From positions 1 through 24,005 of IMG/VR virus record IMGVR_UViG_3300016474_000160: 24,005 bases of DNA, one strand, 5' to 3'. The stretch comes from a virus (Duplodnaviria; Caudoviricetes). Positions 7,671-16,274 of this stretch are shown here, piece by piece. The notes beneath the pieces were generated by a model. It was not told the DNA's origin. It searched no databases and worked only from the letters and a program-made list of their open reading frames with translations. Position 1 is the first letter of the stretch. Each line of letters opens with the position of its first letter. The position numbers and the translations under genes are program-made.

Positions 7671-9561
7671 AGTTCTCTCCATAGTGCCAGTCAGACCCAA
7701 CAGGGACATTAAGTTGAAGTTTTTGGTTTAGCCTCGTGATAGCGTCTTGGTTGATGCTGTCACACTCTTGTTTTCCATCACGGGGGATATACCCAAGATA
7801 CTCATCGTGGTATTGCATGATCACAGGGATGCCAGATTGGATAATGATTGCCAACCAGTTATCAAACACATAAACACCCGTGCTTTGGTTAAGTGTAGAG
7901 AAGATATCCTTGGCGTTTCGAAGACTGTGCCAGAAACCAGAGACAGGGTTCTGTAGCCACATAGAGCCATCCTTAAGCACCTTCGTCTTCTGCATAGAAG
8001 AAACCTTCTTGATGGACCAGTTGCGTTCCCAGTAGGCATTGATGAGCAAGGAAGCCTCTGAAACAGAGGTGTTCAAGGTTCTTGCAAGTTTTGGTGCGCC
8101 TACCCCATAGACGCAGCTATAGTTAGCTGCCTTAAAATTCTTACGGATGGGTTTCAGGTGTTTTGCCCCACCACCAGCATACTCGTCAATTTCTTCCTGT
8201 GTGCAAGCACCAGCATATTTTGCAAGGTCAAGGTGTGGGTCGAAGCCTTCCCTAGACATTTCCTCGACATACTCTGGATCAAGTGGTTGCATGTAGTGGC
8301 GTTTGGTAGTATCCTCAAGACTAACCATGTCTGCACCAATAAGAACATGGTCGTCAGAAGGTGCCAAGATACAAGAGCGGATCAACTCACCATAAGGCTT
8401 ATCAACACCCGGCAGGTTCACGAGTGGCGCTCTGTGCTTGAACCTGAACGTATTTGTTAGACCGTCAATCTTACTTTCGATCCAGTGGGTGCCATCCTCC
8501 TTCTGGAAAGCAAGATCACGAAATCCCTTAAGAATACCGATCCTGTGGTTTAGAACCGTCAGACCATCCAAAAAGTGAATAGCCGGGTCGTGTTCAGAAA
8601 GGTCCAATACAGACGGACATAACTCCCCGTCTTTTCTGACCTGTTCGATCTGTCGCTCTGTTCCATCGTCGTCTTTCACAAACTTGTAGGTCAGAGGTTG
8701 CCACCCCAATCCCCACAACCAGTTTTTAACCTGCATGGTAGACGATGGGTTGCCATCTTCGTAACCTGTGATTACCTTGATAGGACCAGCCGTATCGCTC
8801 GGCAGTCCAGCTTCCTTGAGGTGTTCAAACCAGCGTTTGCCAGCTTCGCTGAGTGTCCCATCTTTCTTGTAGACGTGCTTGGGCTTATTCACTACCTTGG
8901 TCAGAACAACTTTTGGCATTGCCTTGGAAAGTTCTGCTTCTTTCTCGTCCCTGAGCTTCTGTAGCTCATCTAAGCTGTTTGTAACCTTGTTGTAGTCAAT
9001 ACGGATGCCCTCAGCCTCAGCCTTAGCTGCACACTCCATCTTGAAGCTAAGATAGCGTAGAAGGCGGGTTGCATCGGGGGTCAAGGAACCATCTGCATTC
9101 TGACCATAGAGGGCAACAAGCTTGTTTCTCAAGCGTTTCCAGAGACGGACGTTGATCTTAACGTCTTCCTCACAGCGATGCGTATATTCCTCTTGGGTCA
9201 GGTTGTCCCAGTTCTCAATACTTGGTTTCTTGATGCCAAAGGTTTCCCCATAAGCGTCAAGGCCATAGCGAAGACCTTTCTCACCACGCTCGTAGTCTAG
9301 ATACCATGCAAGGGCCAGAGTGTCAACAACAATCGTGTCTTTTCCATTGGAAATCCCAAAGAGCTTTTTTAGGGCTGGGAGGTCAAAGCGACAGATGTTA
9401 TGGCCAATCAGAAGGTCAGTATCAAAAACACGAGAGACTGTTTCTGCATCATATCCGCTCTTGGGTTCCTTTTCAGTCATGTCCTGCCAAGAGATAACGT
9501 GGAGTTTGTCCAGCTTGGTCAGGAAACCATTGGTTTCAATGTCAAAAACAGTCTCTCTCAT
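7654..9561 (-). CDS. polA: Family A DNA polymerase with 3'-5' exonuclease domain
   Basis: VFDIET, GHNICRFD, RCEEDV; motif A GADMVSLE, motif B RKNFKAANYSCVYG, motif C YHDE. Confidence 0.95.
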   Translation of the reverse strand: MRETVFDIETNGFLTKLDKLHVISWQDMTEKEPKSGYDAETVSRVFDTDLLIGHNICRFDLPALKKLFGISNGKDTIVVDTLALAWYLDYERGEKGLRYGLDAYGETFGIKKPSIENWDNLTQEEYTHRCEEDVKINVRLWKRLRNKLVALYGQNADGSLTPDATRLLRYLSFKMECAAKAEAEGIRIDYNKVTNSLDELQKLRDEKEAELSKAMPKVVLTKVVNKPKHVYKKDGTLSEAGKRWFEHLKEAGLPSDTAGPIKVITGYEDGNPSSTMQVKNWLWGLGWQPLTYKFVKDDDGTERQIEQVRKDGELCPSVLDLSEHDPAIHFLDGLTVLNHRIGILKGFRDLAFQKEDGTHWIESKIDGLTNTFRFKHRAPLVNLPGVDKPYGELIRSCILAPSDDHVLIGADMVSLEDTTKRHYMQPLDPEYVEEMSREGFDPHLDLAKYAGACTQEEIDEYAGGGAKHLKPIRKNFKAANYSCVYGVGAPKLARTLNTSVSEASLLINAYWERNWSIKKVSSMQKTKVLKDGSMWLQNPVSGFWHSLRNAKDIFSTLNQSTGVYVFDNWLAIIIQSGIPVIMQYHDEYLGYIPRDGKQECDSINQDAITRLNQKLQLNVPVGSDWHYGENYADVH

Positions 9562-9569
9562 GGGTTTCC

Positions 9570-11288
9570 TCAGAATGGAATGTCTTGGTCCACAACTCTC
9601 TCTTTTGTCGGAACCTCAAAAACGTCTACGGCAGGATCAACTGTCCCTGCTGCGATTCTCTCACTAACCATCGTGGATTCGGCATCATACATAACCATAC
9701 CTGCTGCACCTGTCAAGGCAAAAGGACGATTTTTTCCCACAGTGATGTAGGTAGTATTCTGCTCGATAGCATCTTCCGAAAACTTGTCCCGCTCAAGTTC
9801 GATGATACAGATGGCTTCTTCTTCAATAGACGAAGCGTATTTGGTCTTGCCATCTTGGTTGACGTGTGAGATACAGATAATGCCAAGGTTTTTACGTTTG
9901 GCAAACTCCGTCAGTTTAACCCCAAGCTCTGTCAGAGCAGCCGTTGCACCTTCTGTGCCACCAAGATACGCGAGACGCTGTAGGTGGTCAATGAAGATGT
10001 ATTCAGCACCGAAGAAAGCCTCTGCATATTTGCACTGCTTAAGACAGTCTTCTACAGCATTCTGTGGGTTGATGTCAAACGAAATAAACTTCCGATCACC
10101 AACAACTTCCAAGAGTGCTTGCTTTACATCTTCCTCTGGGACACCCCGACGTTCAGCATCTTCTTTGGTCATTACGTTCTTACCAAGCTGGTAGGTTGCC
10201 ATTGCTCGGCCAGTTGTAGACTTCATTTCCTCCATCATCAGGACAGCTACGGTCTTGCCGTGAGTAACTACCAGATCGTGCTGTAGCATACGCAGAAGGC
10301 TGGATTTACCAGTTCCTGGGGGTGCCTTTACAACAGTGATACCACCCTTGACCAAACCCCTGCCCACCTTGTTAAATGCTTGAATGGGTGTCTCTACATA
10401 CTCGTAGGGGGTTTCAGTCTCAAGGATTTCCAACCAAGATTCAGCATCAGCAACAAACCCAGCCGGGGAAAATTCTTTTGCTTTCCACCAAGCATCTTTG
10501 TAAGACTTCTGTTTCCCTTGTAGGAGAAAGTCATTTGCATCTTTGACATCCCCATGATCCATGACATAGATTTTGTGGGGAAACAAGTCAAAAAGAGTTT
10601 CCTTGATGTGGTCTGCCTTACCATCCGAATCAAGGCTAAGAATGATCTTCTCGAAGCTGTCAAGCCATTTGTAGCACTTCTCCCAAATTCTCTTATTGGG
10701 GGTAGCACTCGGGAGACTGACAACGGGGTTGATATAGGTATTCCCATGCGAAAGCATCTGGTAGCCAGCCATTGCGTCTTCTTCACCCTCGGTGATAGTC
10801 ACAATCTTTGAACAGCCAGCCGGGAAAAGGTTCATGCCGAACAATTCATCAGACTTGATCCCAGAGACGCTAAAGGTCTTATCTTCAACGTATCTTGTCT
10901 TGGTTCCACCACTGGGGTATGGATATACCACACGTTCTGGAGATTCATAGAACATGGAACCATACAGTTCCCGAACACTAGCCTTGATGCCACGAAACTC
11001 TTTGTAGACACCAACCTGACCCTTGTGCATTACTGAGGTCTTATTGGTTTTTTGCACATTTTCGATTACCTCGAACGGATCGTCCTTCATGTTCCTAATG
11101 GCCTTTCTCCCAGAGGGTGTCTTTGCATAAAGCACACCATTGTGTTCGCTGAAACTCATGTTGCATGAGTGACAGAAACCAACGAGTTTTTCTGTATTCC
11201 AACAGAATGCGTCACTGCTACCACAGTTCTCGTTATCTGGGCATGGTTGGTGTTTAATTTCTGACATTGCTACACTTTCGTCACTCAA
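9570..11288 (-). CDS. T7 gp4-like DNA primase-helicase
   Basis: N-terminal Zn-binding CP..CGSSD..CHSC; TOPRIM ITEGEEDAM, LDSD, KDANDFL; Walker A APPGTGKS; IFIDHL; acidic DIPF tail. Confidence 0.93.
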   Translation of the reverse strand: MSDESVAMSEIKHQPCPDNENCGSSDAFCWNTEKLVGFCHSCNMSFSEHNGVLYAKTPSGRKAIRNMKDDPFEVIENVQKTNKTSVMHKGQVGVYKEFRGIKASVRELYGSMFYESPERVVYPYPSGGTKTRYVEDKTFSVSGIKSDELFGMNLFPAGCSKIVTITEGEEDAMAGYQMLSHGNTYINPVVSLPSATPNKRIWEKCYKWLDSFEKIILSLDSDGKADHIKETLFDLFPHKIYVMDHGDVKDANDFLLQGKQKSYKDAWWKAKEFSPAGFVADAESWLEILETETPYEYVETPIQAFNKVGRGLVKGGITVVKAPPGTGKSSLLRMLQHDLVVTHGKTVAVLMMEEMKSTTGRAMATYQLGKNVMTKEDAERRGVPEEDVKQALLEVVGDRKFISFDINPQNAVEDCLKQCKYAEAFFGAEYIFIDHLQRLAYLGGTEGATAALTELGVKLTEFAKRKNLGIICISHVNQDGKTKYASSIEEEAICIIELERDKFSEDAIEQNTTYITVGKNRPFALTGAAGMVMYDAESTMVSERIAAGTVDPAVDVFEVPTKERVVDQDIPF

Positions 11289-11742
11289 CCCAAAGTCTGT
11301 CGTCCAACTCTGGATCGTCCCACAGTTTCAAACCAGCGTCTTCCAGAGCCTTCCTGTTTTCTGGGGTATCTAGAATGTGTTCCTCTGTCCAACAGTCTCC
11401 TATGCCACCCACAAGGCGCTTTTGCTTAAGCCTGTCGGCCAATTCTTGATTTCCCCTGAAGGTGAGTTGGTAGCCCTCAACAGCCCAAGCCCCAAAAGTG
11501 GTTCTAAAGTAGTATTCTGGGCTTTCCTTAAGTTGTTTACGGAGAGTTTCCCTTGGAGTGACCTTGATGATGTTCCCATTGGACCTGTCCCGATAGACCA
11601 TGTGACCATTCTTGTTCAACACATCTAGGACACGCTTCTGAGGAACAACAGCCACTCTTGCAATCTCTGCAATCGTTGTGCGATCCTTGAACTCCAACAA
11701 GGCCCGTATGGTATCTAGGATGGGTTTTTTTGGTTCTTCCAT
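11281..11742 (-). CDS. Hypothetical protein with N-terminal HTH-like segment
   Basis: TIAEIARVAVVPQKRVLDVL; AGGGG upstream; overlaps the primase start. Confidence 0.65.
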   Translation of the reverse strand: MEEPKKPILDTIRALLEFKDRTTIAEIARVAVVPQKRVLDVLNKNGHMVYRDRSNGNIIKVTPRETLRKQLKESPEYYFRTTFGAWAVEGYQLTFRGNQELADRLKQKRLVGGIGDCWTEEHILDTPENRKALEDAGLKLWDDPELDDRLWVE

Positions 11743-11745
11743 ACA

Positions 11746-12402
11746 CTACCCCTTTATATTGTCTACATATAGAATGTCTACTGGGCCACCGGGAATATCA
11801 TCATCAAACACCCCAATAGCAAGTGTCCCTCGAAAGACAGCCCAAATGTCAAGATTGGTTCGGTTTTGGAACAACTCTACTTGTCTCTTTGGGGTATGAC
11901 CATGAACCACATGTTTCCCTCTGTAGCCACCACCGTCTTCCCCAGTGCAGTATCTTCCCCACAGTAGTGCATCATCTGTGTGTTCGTCAAGATCAAGTCC
12001 ACCATACACAGAAGCGTGAACATATACCCGATGGGTGTCTTCGTGATACTTGGGCAACCGTCCGGCCCAATCAGCATCCCAGAGCATTTCTTCCTCTAGG
12101 GGGACACCATAACTGTCGATGGTTTCAAGTCCACCATTGATGCACCACAGATACCTCGCTTGGTCATCTGCCCCACAAAGAGCGTCGTAGAACATCTGTT
12201 CGTGGTTCCCCCGTAGGGCCACTGCCCCACACTCTAGAACCAGTCTACGGACGATCTGAATGACCCCACGGCTATCTTGTCCACGGTCAATGTAATCCCC
12301 AAGAAAGATCAGCTTGGATTTGTAGTCATAGTGGGTATTCAGAAATTTCGACAACAAGTCCCTACGTCCATGTAGGTCTGGGACAACATAAGTTTTGGAC
12401 AT
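11746..12402 (-). CDS. Metallophosphoesterase (lambda NinI-like Ser/Thr phosphatase family)
   Basis: DLHG, GDYIDRG, RGNHE, VHA, HGHTP. Start at 12402 after AAAGGA. Confidence 0.92.
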   Translation of the reverse strand: MSKTYVVPDLHGRRDLLSKFLNTHYDYKSKLIFLGDYIDRGQDSRGVIQIVRRLVLECGAVALRGNHEQMFYDALCGADDQARYLWCINGGLETIDSYGVPLEEEMLWDADWAGRLPKYHEDTHRVYVHASVYGGLDLDEHTDDALLWGRYCTGEDGGGYRGKHVVHGHTPKRQVELFQNRTNLDIWAVFRGTLAIGVFDDDIPGGPVDILYVDNIKG

Positions 12403-12447
12403 ATGTGTGTGTGATCCTTTCATTGCGACTACAAAAAATAGTGGAGA

Positions 12448-12533
12448 AACTTAAGTTTCATACACTTGTTCTGTTGTTTCTTGTTATTGTATATTGTTTA
12501 AGAGTAGAGACACAAGTGTTAGAAACTTAAGTT
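12448..12533. repeat. 22-bp imperfect inverted repeat with a 42-nt AT-rich loop
   Basis: AACTTAAGTTTCATACACTTGT (12448-12469) versus ACAAGTGTTAGAAACTTAAGTT (12512-12533); 20 of 22 positions complementary. Confidence 0.8.
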
Positions 12534-12559
12534 CAACCCCCTACCCCCTTCATATAGGG

Positions 12560-12590
12560 ATATACTCCAAAATCTCGAAAAATGTTACCT
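12560..12590 (-). promoter_or_regulatory. Candidate phage-specific promoter AGGTAACA-N15-GAGTATAT, copy 1
   Basis: Matches 6954-6984 and heads the replication operon. Confidence 0.65.
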
Positions 12591-12619
12591 AGAACCAGAA
12601 AAAAAATAAAAGAAAGTTT

Positions 12620-13216
12620 CTAGTGTGTTTCTTTTGTCACACTGTAGAGCCGTTCTTCGATCTTCTTGCAAGCTTCCAAGTAGGTTTTTGCTATCCACTG
12701 ACGAGATTTCCCCATCGAAACTCCAACCTCCTGTTTGGTGTATCCCATGAAAGCGATCTTCCGAAACACAGACGACTGTTCTTCATCGAGGATTTGATCC
12801 ACTGCTAGGCTCAATAGGAGGCCCGTGTGTTCGTCTTGAGCCTCCAGCCCTAGTGTTTCCTCCTCAGTTACTCTATCGGCCCTCAGAGCGTGGTATAGAG
12901 CCTTCTCCGTGTGGCTGAGTTTGTCGTAGTCACAACGATCCATCTGAAGTTTGAAGGTGTAGGTATTTCCATTGTCGGGGATACTCACTGCCAGAGACTT
13001 CCAGTTGGTGTAGGCATAGAGGGCTTTCCTCATATCTGTGATGATCTTGGATTCGTTTCCACCATCTGCTAGAGCAGAAAGCCCTGCCACAATAGCTTCA
13101 TGCAGCAGGTCTTCCTTCATGTCATACGGCACCCTATATCGAGAGACGAGGATGCCAGCTTCTTTAATGACTTGATCAGCGTTCATTCGAGAGTCGATCC
13201 CAATACACGTTTTCAA
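12620..13216 (-). CDS. RNA polymerase sigma-factor-like protein
   Basis: Region 2-like KEDLLHEAIVAGL and region 4 HTH YTKQEVGVSMGKSRQWIAKTYLEACKKI. Start uncertain (TTG 13216 or ATG 13186). Confidence 0.75.
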   Translation of the reverse strand: MKTCIGIDSRMNADQVIKEAGILVSRYRVPYDMKEDLLHEAIVAGLSALADGGNESKIITDMRKALYAYTNWKSLAVSIPDNGNTYTFKLQMDRCDYDKLSHTEKALYHALRADRVTEEETLGLEAQDEHTGLLLSLAVDQILDEEQSSVFRKIAFMGYTKQEVGVSMGKSRQWIAKTYLEACKKIEERLYSVTKETH

Positions 13217-13451
13217 GGTGGAGGTCTACCTTGTTTTTCCACGCAACTGGCATATCGTAGATTGAACCCGTCTCAAAATCATACACGGTGTAGTCACAGA
13301 AAACGGGGTCTTGGTGAACCAGATAGAATTGATCATCGTCTGAATAGACTGCATCTGCTTTCAGATTTGCTCGGATTTCCAATTCCCGATCAAGCACCTC
13401 ATCAAAAATGTTCACGATGTAGTCGAAGTCTTCCATTTTATTCCCGCTCAT
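13176..13451 (-). CDS. Hypothetical acidic protein
   Basis: ATGA coupling with the hydrolase stop. Confidence 0.65.
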   Translation of the reverse strand: MSGNKMEDFDYIVNIFDEVLDRELEIRANLKADAVYSDDDQFYLVHQDPVFCDYTVYDFETGSIYDMPVAWKNKVDLHLENVYWDRLSNER

Positions 13452-13825
13452 TTGTGTTTTGTTTCGTTCGTGTAGAATACATGATTCCCCACGATCCCGT
13501 CAAGAGAAAACGCAGATGCCCAGACTGGGTGAATTTCTACCGTGTGGTAGTGTGTTGACGTAATCCCAAGGCGTTGCCCATTAAGGGCATCCAGAGCAAC
13601 CTGACGGGCTTCTTTTGCAGCTACAGGGTCCTCCATATGCTCTGGCTTACCATCAAACATGAATGAAAACTGCGAGTCTTCTTTGATTACATCACAGATC
13701 GTGTCTGGATAACGTGGGTCTTCTACACGATTTAGGATCACATCAGCAACCGCCAATTTCCCATCTACCGACTCTCCCCTTGTCTCAAAGTAGATGGCAA
13801 GGGTTAAGCACATAAGACCTGTCAT
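13448..13825 (-). CDS. SleB-like cell wall hydrolase (Hydrolase_2 family)
   Basis: CLTLAIYFETRGE, AVADVILNRV, YPDTICDVI, QFSF, THYHT, GNHVFY; CAGGAG RBS before the ATG at 13825. Confidence 0.9.
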   Translation of the reverse strand: MTGLMCLTLAIYFETRGESVDGKLAVADVILNRVEDPRYPDTICDVIKEDSQFSFMFDGKPEHMEDPVAAKEARQVALDALNGQRLGITSTHYHTVEIHPVWASAFSLDGIVGNHVFYTNETKHK

Positions 13826-13885
13826 CACATTCTCCTGATGGTTGGTGAACCCATGACTTAACACAGGTCCACCAGCTTTGCAAGA

Positions 13886-14896
13886 TCAATCCTTGCGGAT
13901 GAAACGACCCTTGCTGTCCCGAAGGGGTTTGGCAACAACAGCGGTGCTGACGACCGTCTTGGTGGCTTCTGCACGAATGTCCGAAGCTTCAATGGAGTTC
14001 AGCACCGTATATTCACACACACGCATCTTGGCGAAGTCATAATCGTAGGGGACAGCCACAACATCTTTGGGGTTCACCTTGACCACAACCGTCTTGTTGC
14101 GTGCTGCACTTGCATAGTGATCAAGATAGCTGTCAGCAGCCACATGAAGACCAGCCGAACAGGTGGCTTTGGGGTCATCGTTCACTTCCGAACGATCAAC
14201 CTTCACAACCTTGCCCGGAGAGTTATCAAACTTGCCGGAATAGATGTCTTTGAAGTCTTCACGAACACGCTTGAAGGCAATGAAGCAACCATCCTCAGTA
14301 AAGGGTGCCTGAAACTTCTCAAGGAAATTGTAGAGACATTCACGAGAACGATACGAGGGGTTCTGCATCAGATTTTCGAGGAAGTTGACCCACGGCTTCA
14401 CATCGAAACCCTCGTCAATCAGGCTCAGGAGCTTGACAGTCAGTGCGTTATGCACCACATTCCCCTTGTAGAAGACCATCCCGTCACGGACTTCGACGTT
14501 ACCTTGGCTAATGCGGTTGACAACGGTGGTCTTGTCTGCCAGATCACGAATTTTTTCAATATCGTGGGTGGGTTTCATCAGTTCTTCTTTAAGAAGGCTG
14601 TATTGCTTCTGCGAAGATGCCGGAACCACAATCGGCTTACCATCAAGAAGAACGGTAATAGCAGCCGAAGAAATGTTGAACGGGACTTTAGTATTGCTCA
14701 TTTGCTTCTCCAATTTTTCAAATTCGTTTTCAAACAGGGTTTGATTGCAGTGAATCCCCTTACAGTCCCACGCAAGCGAACCCTCGTAGTCATACTCAGG
14801 GTCACGCCCAACCAAAGTTACGACCTCCCCAAGCTTAAAGAAGTGCCCGAAGTTGTCAACGACAAGAACCTTGTCACCGGGTTTATACTGGGTCAT
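13886..14896 (-). CDS. rIIB: rIIB-like protein with an N-terminal ~65-aa extra module
   Basis: FLENLMQNPS, LYNFL, TEDGCFIAFKRV, CSAGLHV, VKVNPKDVVAVPYDY, KMRVCEY. Confidence 0.85.
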   Translation of the reverse strand: MTQYKPGDKVLVVDNFGHFFKLGEVVTLVGRDPEYDYEGSLAWDCKGIHCNQTLFENEFEKLEKQMSNTKVPFNISSAAITVLLDGKPIVVPASSQKQYSLLKEELMKPTHDIEKIRDLADKTTVVNRISQGNVEVRDGMVFYKGNVVHNALTVKLLSLIDEGFDVKPWVNFLENLMQNPSYRSRECLYNFLEKFQAPFTEDGCFIAFKRVREDFKDIYSGKFDNSPGKVVKVDRSEVNDDPKATCSAGLHVAADSYLDHYASAARNKTVVVKVNPKDVVAVPYDYDFAKMRVCEYTVLNSIEASDIRAEATKTVVSTAVVAKPLRDSKGRFIRKD

Positions 14897-14913
14897 TTGT
14901 ATTTCCTTTCAGA

Positions 14914-15063
14914 TTACTTGGATTCGCCAGCGACTTTATACTTCCGGGTCTTCGAGGTGTCCCGCACGAGGTCTTTACCACCTTTGGCCACTCGCATCGG
15001 AATGCTGTTTGCTTTGGTCAGGCGTTTCAGCCCTTTGACTTTCGACTGCTGTTGATCTTCCAT
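14914..15063 (-). CDS. Small basic hypothetical protein (49 aa)
   Basis: ATG at 15063 downstream of promoter 15098-15126, with AAGG upstream. Confidence 0.6.
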   Translation of the reverse strand: MEDQQQSKVKGLKRLTKANSIPMRVAKGGKDLVRDTSKTRKYKVAGESK

Positions 15064-15097
15064 TTGAACCTTGTCCTTTTGTGTCTCTGTGTGATTA

Positions 15098-15126
15098 TAT
15101 ATAAGTGATTCTCCCAAGATTGTCAA
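15098..15126 (-). promoter_or_regulatory. Sigma70-type early promoter with GANTC in the spacer
   Basis: TTGACA-N17-TATATA; GANTC at 15107-15111. Confidence 0.8.
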
Positions 15127-15141
15127 GGGAGAACCTTTGTT

Positions 15142-15279
15142 TTATGCAAGCTGTGCGTCAATACCTTTGACCTTGCAGAAGTAGTGCAATTCAGAAAAAC
15201 TCTTGAAGACCCACTTCTGCCCATTACCAACAAGTGTGTATTCGTTGTGATTTGTCTGACGCCAGTAATAGTTGGTCAT
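15142..15279 (-). CDS. Hypothetical protein (45 aa, below the ORF-track cutoff)
   Basis: MTNYYWRQTNHNEYTLVGNGQKWVFKSFSELHYFCKVKGIDAQLA; ATGA overlap with the upstream ORF. Confidence 0.65.
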   Translation of the reverse strand: MTNYYWRQTNHNEYTLVGNGQKWVFKSFSELHYFCKVKGIDAQLA

Positions 15280-15440
15280 TCGTCCATCAGAGGCTTTAGA
15301 ACCCACTCACATTTGTAGACGTTAAAGAACTTGGCACACTCTCGTTCCTTGTCTGAATTTAGTCCTGCGTTGACACTGACAAACAGCACCCACAAGGAAA
15401 TTAGTGGAAGAATGATCCCTAGAATAATAAACCTGTTCAT
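15276..15440 (-). CDS. Small membrane-anchored protein (54 aa, below the ORF-track cutoff)
   Basis: MNRFIILGIILPLISLWVLFVSVNAG...; TAATG overlap with the upstream stop. Confidence 0.65.
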   Translation of the reverse strand: MNRFIILGIILPLISLWVLFVSVNAGLNSDKERECAKFFNVYKCEWVLKPLMDE

Positions 15441-16204
15441 TAAATTCGCTCCAACGTGAAGGTGCCAGTCGTGTGGTTCAGGACCAGACGTTCGTCATAG
15501 TATGAGGGTTCAACATCAAAGAAACCAATACCATCGAGGCCATAGAACACTTCGATGTTGTCTTCCTCTTTTTGAACTTCGGTTTCACCAGCACGAGAGA
15601 CTACCTTCCAGATGGCATGGTCAAGCTCAGGAAAGATGCTATAAACGCTCACGCCAGCACTGGAAAGCGCACACGAACTAACGGTCTTAGGTCCCTCTGG
15701 GTAGTAATACTGAACGGGGTTGTATTCACAAGAAACGAACTCCACAACATCCCCCGGCTTTACATCAAGTTCCTTAAGAGTGCCAGTTTCGCTGTCGGGG
15801 TCGGCACGAGAAATAATCTTGAAACCTTTCACATGGTCCCAATAGTGTTTCCCAAGTTCGATGTTCACAAAGAGCTGGTTCGAGAAAACCGAAAAGCCCT
15901 CTTGGACCACCCAAGAGTCATCATCAGCGCCTTTGAAACCTACAACATCACCCGGTTTCACATCCAGTTCTTTGAGGGTCTTTCCCATATCTTCCACCAC
16001 AGGTTCAATGCTGGAAAAGGGGAAGAACAGGTGGTATTTATTTTGCCCTTCAGAGCAAGAATGTGGATGCAAACCCGCATGGGTCGTTGCCATAACTCCG
16101 TAGTCCCAAACCCCCGTGACCGTCAAAATATCTCCGATGTGGGGATAGTAGTAGCCATGAGGGATAGCGACAACACGCACTTGCATGCCAACCTCGTAGT
16201 TCAT
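15440..16204 (-). CDS. Hypothetical multi-module protein with two TLKELDVKPGDVV repeats
   Basis: Internal repeat visible in the translation; AAAGGA RBS. Confidence 0.8.
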   Translation of the reverse strand: MNYEVGMQVRVVAIPHGYYYPHIGDILTVTGVWDYGVMATTHAGLHPHSCSEGQNKYHLFFPFSSIEPVVEDMGKTLKELDVKPGDVVGFKGADDDSWVVQEGFSVFSNQLFVNIELGKHYWDHVKGFKIISRADPDSETGTLKELDVKPGDVVEFVSCEYNPVQYYYPEGPKTVSSCALSSAGVSVYSIFPELDHAIWKVVSRAGETEVQKEEDNIEVFYGLDGIGFFDVEPSYYDERLVLNHTTGTFTLERI

Positions 16205-16237
16205 ATCTTTAGTCCTTTGTTCGTGTCTGTGTGATTG

Positions 16238-16266
16238 TGTATAAGTGATTCTCTAGGGGAAGTCAA
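16238..16266 (-). promoter_or_regulatory. Sigma70-type early promoter with GANTC in the spacer
   Basis: TTGACT-N17-TATACA; GANTC at 16247-16251; close copy of the 15098-15126 region. Confidence 0.75.
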
Positions 16267-16274
16267 CAAGTTTT

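Noticed and set aside
13855-13883. Additional early promoter TTGCAA-N17-TAAGTC upstream of the hydrolase
   Set aside because: Both boxes are weak and there is no GANTC, so it is plausible but not supportable.
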